From positions 6,302 through 70,301 of the forward strand of contig CALCJK010000013.1 in the NCBI GenBank assembly GCA_937967455.1: 64,000 bases of DNA, given 5' to 3'. The notes under the pieces were generated by a model. It searched no databases. It saw nothing but the letters and a program-made list of their open reading frames with translations, and had not been told where the DNA came from. Below are positions 58,747 through 64,000 of this stretch, in pieces (position 1 is the first letter of the stretch; each line of letters opens with the position of its first letter). Made by a program: the position numbers and the translations under genes. This DNA comes from an uncultured bacterium. Lineage in GTDB: Bacteria > Bacteroidota > Ignavibacteria > UBA10030 > BY39.

Positions 58747-59505
58747 TCATTGCGCAATCAGTGCTTTTTTACCATTAATTACCAGAGTTTTATGAATTCC
58801 AATCTGATTGTTTAATATAAGCGAAGTTACAACCTTATCAATTTCATCATTGGATGCAAAATTTTTTAATATCTTTTTTATCTGTGGTCTTGAGATCCCT
58901 TCACTGCTCTTTATTATATAATGAATTATTTTTCTGATAGCTTCTTTACGTGATAACTTTAAAACTTTCTTCGTCAATCTTCCATCATATTTCCAGGCAG
59001 CTTTCCACAATTGACCAAGCTTCTTGTCGTATCCAACTTTAAAAATCCAGAACTCCCTCTGTAATTTCTTTAAAATTTTATCTAACTCTTTTTTTGATTT
59101 TATTGGCATTGTATCAAAAAAATATTGCAGATATTTTTGAGGAGTGATCTTTTGCTTTACAATAAAATCGTAAACCTCAATTTCATAATTAGTATAATAA
59201 TTTCTAGGTAGCTTTTTCAATGGAGTGTTATTTTTTGTTTTTTGAATTTTAAGTGAATATAAACAAGCGAGCATATCTCTCGAAATAATACACCTTAAAT
59301 TTGATAATCCGTTATGTTCAATTCCAAATTTATTTTTATACATCTCCTCAAGGAATTTTTTTATAAAAAGATTTATCTCGCTCTTTGGAAGTTGGTATTT
59401 GAGATGATCAAAAATAACTTTATCGAGTGATATGATAGGAAATTTTGAATTTTGCCTTATTAAGATTATACCATTTGATTCCAGATATCTGAAGAGATTT
59501 TTCAT
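58747..59505 (-). CDS. hypothetical basic protein (Lys-rich; winged-helix-like C-terminus)
   Basis: 252 aa. No recognisable catalytic motif. It follows a 357 bp AT-rich noncoding gap next to the R-M pair. Confidence 0.4.
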   Translation of the reverse strand: MKNLFRYLESNGIILIRQNSKFPIISLDKVIFDHLKYQLPKSEINLFIKKFLEEMYKNKFGIEHNGLSNLRCIISRDMLACLYSLKIQKTKNNTPLKKLPRNYYTNYEIEVYDFIVKQKITPQKYLQYFFDTMPIKSKKELDKILKKLQREFWIFKVGYDKKLGQLWKAAWKYDGRLTKKVLKLSRKEAIRKIIHYIIKSSEGISRPQIKKILKNFASNDEIDKVVTSLILNNQIGIHKTLVINGKKALIAQ

Positions 59506-59511
59506 TTGTCT

Positions 59512-60774
59512 CTAATTTGATTTTTTGATGAAAAATTTATTGTAGAAGTACATAAAAAATATACAAACAAAACCAATAGCCGAAACCATCAACCACATAT
59601 ATGTGGGTTGATAAGATTTTTCAAGAAAGTTACTAACCAGAAATCCTCCAAGCGGACCAGCCACAAATGATCCAATAGCAACAGGAAGAAAAGCAAATCC
59701 CATGAATGTTCCTACTTGATCCTTTGGTGCAAGTGAGGAAACATATTCATAAAATCTTGGTGCCTGAGTAGCCTCTCCAATTGCAAATAAACCAACTGTG
59801 AAAATTGCTACATATACATTTTGAAATATTGCAAGTATTAACCATGAAAAACTAGCAATTGTAAATCCAACTAAAATTGCTGTAAAAGGTTTCCACTTTT
59901 TTACAATTGCAGCAATCGGAATTGTTGCAAAAATTATCGTCCATGGTCCAACAGCTTCAATTAACTCGAACTTTTCAAATTTTAATACATTAATTATAAA
60001 AAATGGGAGAGAATAGAATATCTGCCAAAACATAATCCAGAATCCTGAAAATATAACAAGAAAACTAATAAACTTTATATTTTTAAAAACAAGAATCATA
60101 TCTACAAAAACTTTTCCAAGTGTTCTTTTTTCAGTTGCCTCATCGCTGTTTCCTGGTTCACGGAAAAATATTATAGTTCCTAAAAACAATAGAAATGATG
60201 TGAAGGACGACATTATTAAAACATATTCAATTCCAAGATTTTCTCTAACTTGTAAAGCAAGTATGGGACCAATAGCACCGCCAATGTTCACCATTGTATA
60301 ATAAATTGAGTAGCCAAGTGCTTTTACATCCGATTTGCTGGTTTTTGCCACAGTTCCTACAATACAAGGTTTAATTAAAGAACCTCCTACAGCAGTGAGC
60401 AGTATTACAATAGTTACATAAGTCGTTTTTCCTATTGCATTCACAATGCTTTGACTGAATTCTAAGCCAGCCATACCAATCAAAAAATATCCTATAGAAA
60501 ATAATGCAAAACATGTCATCAGTGTTTTTTTAAATCCATATCTATCCACGAATGTACCTGCAATAATTGGAAGTGAGAATATAAGTCCAGAATACAGACC
60601 TGCGAGTGTTCCTGCTGCTTGTGCTCCAAGTCCAACCTTTATTGCTAAGTAGACAGTTAAAATTGCCTTTGTGCCATAAAAAGCAAATCTTTCGAATAAC
60701 TCCAATATGTTGGCAACCCAGAACTGCTTCTGGAAACCAGTTTTCATTGATTCAATAGTTTTTGATATTTCCAC
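59512..60774 (-). CDS. proton-dependent oligopeptide transporter (POT/PTR2 family MFS)
   Basis: 420 aa. PTR2 signature LELFERFAFYG. ~12 TM helices. Confidence 0.7.
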   Translation of the reverse strand: MEISKTIESMKTGFQKQFWVANILELFERFAFYGTKAILTVYLAIKVGLGAQAAGTLAGLYSGLIFSLPIIAGTFVDRYGFKKTLMTCFALFSIGYFLIGMAGLEFSQSIVNAIGKTTYVTIVILLTAVGGSLIKPCIVGTVAKTSKSDVKALGYSIYYTMVNIGGAIGPILALQVRENLGIEYVLIMSSFTSFLLFLGTIIFFREPGNSDEATEKRTLGKVFVDMILVFKNIKFISFLVIFSGFWIMFWQIFYSLPFFIINVLKFEKFELIEAVGPWTIIFATIPIAAIVKKWKPFTAILVGFTIASFSWLILAIFQNVYVAIFTVGLFAIGEATQAPRFYEYVSSLAPKDQVGTFMGFAFLPVAIGSFVAGPLGGFLVSNFLEKSYQPTYMWLMVSAIGFVCIFFMYFYNKFFIKKSN

Positions 60775-60784
60775 AATTTCCTCA

Positions 60785-61963
60785 CTATTTTATTAATACG
60801 ATTTCTTTTTGAACCTCACCAGTTACAACAGGTTCACCATTGTGTTTTATAAACATGTTAATTTCCGATCTTACCGCCATTTTGCCTTCGAGATAAATTC
60901 CTGGTTCAATCGAGAAGCAAGCACCAGGCATAAGCTGCCGCTCGTCTTTAGTTTCAAGATTGTCTATGTTTGCACCATTTCCATGAACTTCGGTTCCGAT
61001 TGAGTGACCTGTTCGGTGTATAAAGTATTTCCCGTAACCAGCTTTTTTGATTACATTCCTACAAACCTCATCAACTTCCCAACCACAACAAGTTTTTTTC
61101 TTTGCAAATCTTTCAATAACAAAATTTACTGCTGTATCTCTTGCTTGCTTAACGATATTAAAAATCTTCTCATACTCTGCTGGTGGCTTATCACCTATAT
61201 ATCCAACCCAGGTTATATCATAATAAATTCCACCTGGAACATCTCGCTTTGCCCATAAATCAATTAATACAGTGTCACCTTTTTTAAAAATTCGAGAGTT
61301 CTCTGGTGTTGGCTCAAAATGTGGATCAGCAGGGTGGTCGTTCACACCTACGATAGGTGCATCATGCGTAACCAGTCCTTCCTCTTTAAATCTTTTTAAG
61401 ATAAATTGCTGAACATCATATTCTTTGAGATTTAAATTTTCTTTTACCGACTTTCCTATAAGTTCAAATGCATCATTTCTAATTTTATCAATAATTTTTC
61501 CAGCTTCAAGGTGTAATTTATAACCGTTGTTATCAATAGCTGCTTCAAATTCCGAAACAAGATCAGCAGAAGAAACAATTTTATAACCAAAGCTTTTGAT
61601 TAGCTCGACTGTTCCCGCATCCACTATTGAGATGTATGGAATATTGTTTTTTGGAGAATATTGCATTGCAATTTTTTTGCTATTACCTAAAATTTTTCTT
61701 AGTTGCTTGTGTTGTTCTTCCCAGGCAAGGTAGATATATTTTTTCCCAGGCAGAGAGTCAAGTTTAAATTTCTCGACTGTGTGTACAAGTTTTTTAGGTT
61801 CACCTTTAGCTGGAATAAAATAAAACCACCTGCGAGTACATAATTTTGAACTATCAAGCCCAAGTATCCGATATGCAATCTGATCCCTGTTATGGAAGTC
61901 GTAAAATAGCCATCCATCGAGATTTCTATTTCTTAGAGCTAATTGAATTTTTTTTAGATTCAT
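60785..61963 (-). CDS. M24 family metallopeptidase (Xaa-Pro aminopeptidase / prolidase-like)
   Basis: 392 aa. Pita-bread fold motifs D...D...HRTGHSIG...E...E. Confidence 0.8.
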   Translation of the reverse strand: MNLKKIQLALRNRNLDGWLFYDFHNRDQIAYRILGLDSSKLCTRRWFYFIPAKGEPKKLVHTVEKFKLDSLPGKKYIYLAWEEQHKQLRKILGNSKKIAMQYSPKNNIPYISIVDAGTVELIKSFGYKIVSSADLVSEFEAAIDNNGYKLHLEAGKIIDKIRNDAFELIGKSVKENLNLKEYDVQQFILKRFKEEGLVTHDAPIVGVNDHPADPHFEPTPENSRIFKKGDTVLIDLWAKRDVPGGIYYDITWVGYIGDKPPAEYEKIFNIVKQARDTAVNFVIERFAKKKTCCGWEVDEVCRNVIKKAGYGKYFIHRTGHSIGTEVHGNGANIDNLETKDERQLMPGACFSIEPGIYLEGKMAVRSEINMFIKHNGEPVVTGEVQKEIVLIK

Positions 61964-62014
61964 ATGGTTTTCTCCAAAATTTTATTTAAATTAAATTAAA
62001 GTTAAGCAAAGATT

Positions 62015-62785
62015 TTGAGAGTTTCAAACTTGAATAAAGATATTTTAAAATTTTATTCCACATTTGTTAATGAGTATGATGATATTACAAGTTTTAATGA
62101 ACGCCTATCATCACAAAGTTTAATTATAGATAAGATAATTGAAAAATACAATATTAAAGAAGCGCTGGATGCTGGTTGTGGAACTGGTTTTTATTCAATT
62201 CTATTAGCGAAAGCCGGTGTAAAGGTAACAGCATTTGATGTTTCAAGTGAAATGGTAAATAAATTGATTCGTAATGCAAAAAAACTTGGTGTAAAAGTCA
62301 ATACACTTGTTTGCGATCTTTTGAATGTAGATAAAAATTTAAATAAAAAATTCGACGCAATATTTTGTCTTGGGAATACAATTCCGCACATATTGAAACC
62401 TTCTGAGTTATTCAGAGTGTACAAAAACTTTTTTAATTTATTAAAACCTAATGGAGTATTAATTATTCAACAATTAAATTATGATAGGATATTAAAGTAT
62501 AAAGAAAAGTTGCAAAACATTAAGACAATGAAAGATAAAGTTTATGTTCGCTTTTATGAATATGAAAAAGCATTGATAAATTTTTATATCTTGATGGTAA
62601 ATTTAAAAGAACCACAAAATAGTTTGTTGGGAAAAGTATTATTAAGACCTCATCTGGCGATTGAACATAAAAAATATTTGTTGAAAGTGGGATATCGGAA
62701 AATATATTTTAGTTCTGATCTTGGTATGGATCAGAAATATAATAAGTATAAATCGAAGGATTTAATAATTACGGCGATTCGTTAA
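62015..62785 (+). CDS. class I SAM-dependent methyltransferase
   Basis: Motif I LDAGCGTGFYS. The ORF begins at a TTG (62015); alternative TTG at 62030. Confidence 0.6.
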   Translation: MRVSNLNKDILKFYSTFVNEYDDITSFNERLSSQSLIIDKIIEKYNIKEALDAGCGTGFYSILLAKAGVKVTAFDVSSEMVNKLIRNAKKLGVKVNTLVCDLLNVDKNLNKKFDAIFCLGNTIPHILKPSELFRVYKNFFNLLKPNGVLIIQQLNYDRILKYKEKLQNIKTMKDKVYVRFYEYEKALINFYILMVNLKEPQNSLLGKVLLRPHLAIEHKKYLLKVGYRKIYFSSDLGMDQKYNKYKSKDLIITAIR

Positions 62786-62786
62786 T

Positions 62787-63005
62787 ATGAAAATAATTAA
62801 TGTAAAAGTCGTTGCCAATGCAAGGAAGGAAGAGGTTCAAGAGTTTAATGGAGGATTAAAGGTTTATGTAAAAGCACCTGCAGTTGAGGGAAAAGCGAAC
62901 CAGGCATTAATTGAAGTTTTAGCAAATTATTTTAATGTAAAGAAATCAAAGATTGAGATCGTGAAAGGGGAGAAATCGAAAGTAAAAAAAGTAATTGTAA
63001 AGTAA
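62787..63005 (+). CDS. DUF167 (YggU/UPF0235) family protein
   Basis: 72 aa. VKAPAVEGKAN...KSKIEIVKGEKSKVKKV is the characteristic DUF167 pattern. Confidence 0.7.
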   Translation: MKIINVKVVANARKEEVQEFNGGLKVYVKAPAVEGKANQALIEVLANYFNVKKSKIEIVKGEKSKVKKVIVK

Positions 63006-63103
63006 AAAATGTGTTTTGATGCCTTTATTAAATTAACTATATTTGTACAGAAATCTTAAACATTTTTAATTAAATAACGATCAAAATTTTAGCATTTTGG
63101 GTT

Positions 63104-63859
63104 ATGAATAAATTATTTGATTTAACAGGAAAAGTTGCAATAGTAACTGGTGCAAGTACTGGTTTGGGATATGGAATGAGTATTGGCCTTGCTGAAGCTG
63201 GTGCAGATATTTTGCTTGTGGATATTGTACCGAGCACTGAGACAGAACAAGAAATATTAAAGCTTGGAAGAAAGGGATTTTCGATAATTGCTGATCTTGC
63301 GCAGATGAGTTCAATTGATTTAGTGATTAACAGTGCGTTGGATAAGTTTGGGAAAATCGATATTTTAGTAAACAACGCAGGAATTATTCGTCGTACTCCT
63401 GCTATCGATTTCACTGAGAAAGATTGGGATGAAGTAATGCAAATTAATTCGAAAGCTGTTTTTTTCCTGAGTCAGGCAGCTGCAAAAGATATGATTAAGA
63501 GAAAATCTGGGAAAATAATAAATATTGCTTCGCTGTTAAGTTTTCAAGGTGGTATTCTTGTTCCGTCATATTCTGCAAGCAAAGGTGCTGTTGCGCAGAT
63601 TACTAAAGCACTTGCAAATGAGTGGGCAAAATATGGTTTGAATATAAATGCGATTGCTCCGGGTTATATGGCAACAAATAATACTAAAGCTTTGCGTGAA
63701 GATCCAGTTCGTTCAAAACAAATCTTGGAAAGAATTCCAGCTGAGCGCTGGGGAACACCAGATGACCTGAAAGGAGCTGTTGTTTTTTTGGCTTCAAAAG
63801 CTTCTGATTATGTAAATGGACATATTCTGGTGGTTGATGGTGGTTGGCTGGCAAGATAA
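63104..63859 (+). CDS. kduD: 2-dehydro-3-deoxy-D-gluconate 5-dehydrogenase (SDR)
   Basis: 251 aa, near-collinear with E. coli KduD: GKVAIVTGASTGLGYGMSIGLAEAGADI, DILVNNAGIIRR, IINIASLLSFQGG, NINAIAPGYMATNNT, DYVNGHILVVDGGWLAR. Confidence 0.85.
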   Translation: MNKLFDLTGKVAIVTGASTGLGYGMSIGLAEAGADILLVDIVPSTETEQEILKLGRKGFSIIADLAQMSSIDLVINSALDKFGKIDILVNNAGIIRRTPAIDFTEKDWDEVMQINSKAVFFLSQAAAKDMIKRKSGKIINIASLLSFQGGILVPSYSASKGAVAQITKALANEWAKYGLNINAIAPGYMATNNTKALREDPVRSKQILERIPAERWGTPDDLKGAVVFLASKASDYVNGHILVVDGGWLAR

Positions 63860-63880
63860 AATTCAAAAATAGGAGAATGC

Positions 63881-64000
63881 AATGAGTAAAGAAATTATAT
63901 TTAGAAATACTGCAAACCATAAAGGTAGAAAAATCATAATTACACCAGAAAATTCTATGCTTACAATTATGTCTGTTGGTAGAATTATAATGTACAAAGA
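63881..64000 (+). CDS. hypothetical protein, 5' fragment (runs off the window end)
   Basis: ATG after AGGAGAA RBS. Only 40 codons (MSKEIIFRNTANHKGRKIIITPENS) are visible. Not confidently KduI. Confidence 0.3.

Noticed and set aside
62015-62032. TTG start for the SAM-dependent methyltransferase
   Set aside because: It is not rejected as a gene. The exact start (TTG at 62015 or at 62030) cannot be resolved from sequence alone, so the coordinates are approximate.

Overview
This 64 kb window is AT-rich (roughly one-third GC by eye) and densely coding, with about 55 genes and short gaps. It looks like chromosomal DNA from an FCB-group bacterium, probably an Ignavibacteria/Chlorobi-like organism. 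Three observations point that way: a Por/type IX secretion C-terminal sorting domain on a secreted hydrolase, strong AGGAGG Shine-Dalgarno sites, and an LDH-like malate dehydrogenase.

Most of the window is housekeeping: pyrF, dcd, ilvE, hutI plus a two-gene ftcD, trkA-trkH, recG, gpsA-plsY, ispD, queA, ppdK, lpxK-lpxB, smc, rplU-rpmA, mdh, dnaX and xerD. I found no rRNA, tRNA, CRISPR array, IS element or prophage.

Five regions stand out:
1. A tight four-gene minus-strand operon (17106-20951) encodes two paralogous Ddl-like ATP-grasp ligases, a small GNAT acetyltransferase and a KamA-type lysine 2,3-aminomutase. It sits directly upstream of the trkA-trkH potassium-uptake genes. I read this as a candidate pathway for an acetylated beta-lysine peptide compatible solute that has not been described.
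2. A three-gene bacterial ceramide/sphingolipid module (7243-10806) combines a strongly SPT-like alpha-oxoamine synthase, a 375 aa GNAT-like candidate ceramide synthase and a divergent SDR reductase. It appears co-operonic with ilvE and dcd.
3. A secreted GH2 glycosidase is fused to a C-terminal polytopic membrane domain.
4. A small Type II restriction-modification pair (beta-class DPPY methyltransferase plus a PD-ExK nuclease) lies in an AT-rich patch next to an unknown basic protein.
5. Several unknown proteins are present, including a 249 aa protein with a duplicated CxxC-x34-CxxH module and a 104 aa tandem-repeat HTH-like protein immediately upstream of hutI.

All calls rest on reading the ORF translations for family motifs. 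No database searches were run.
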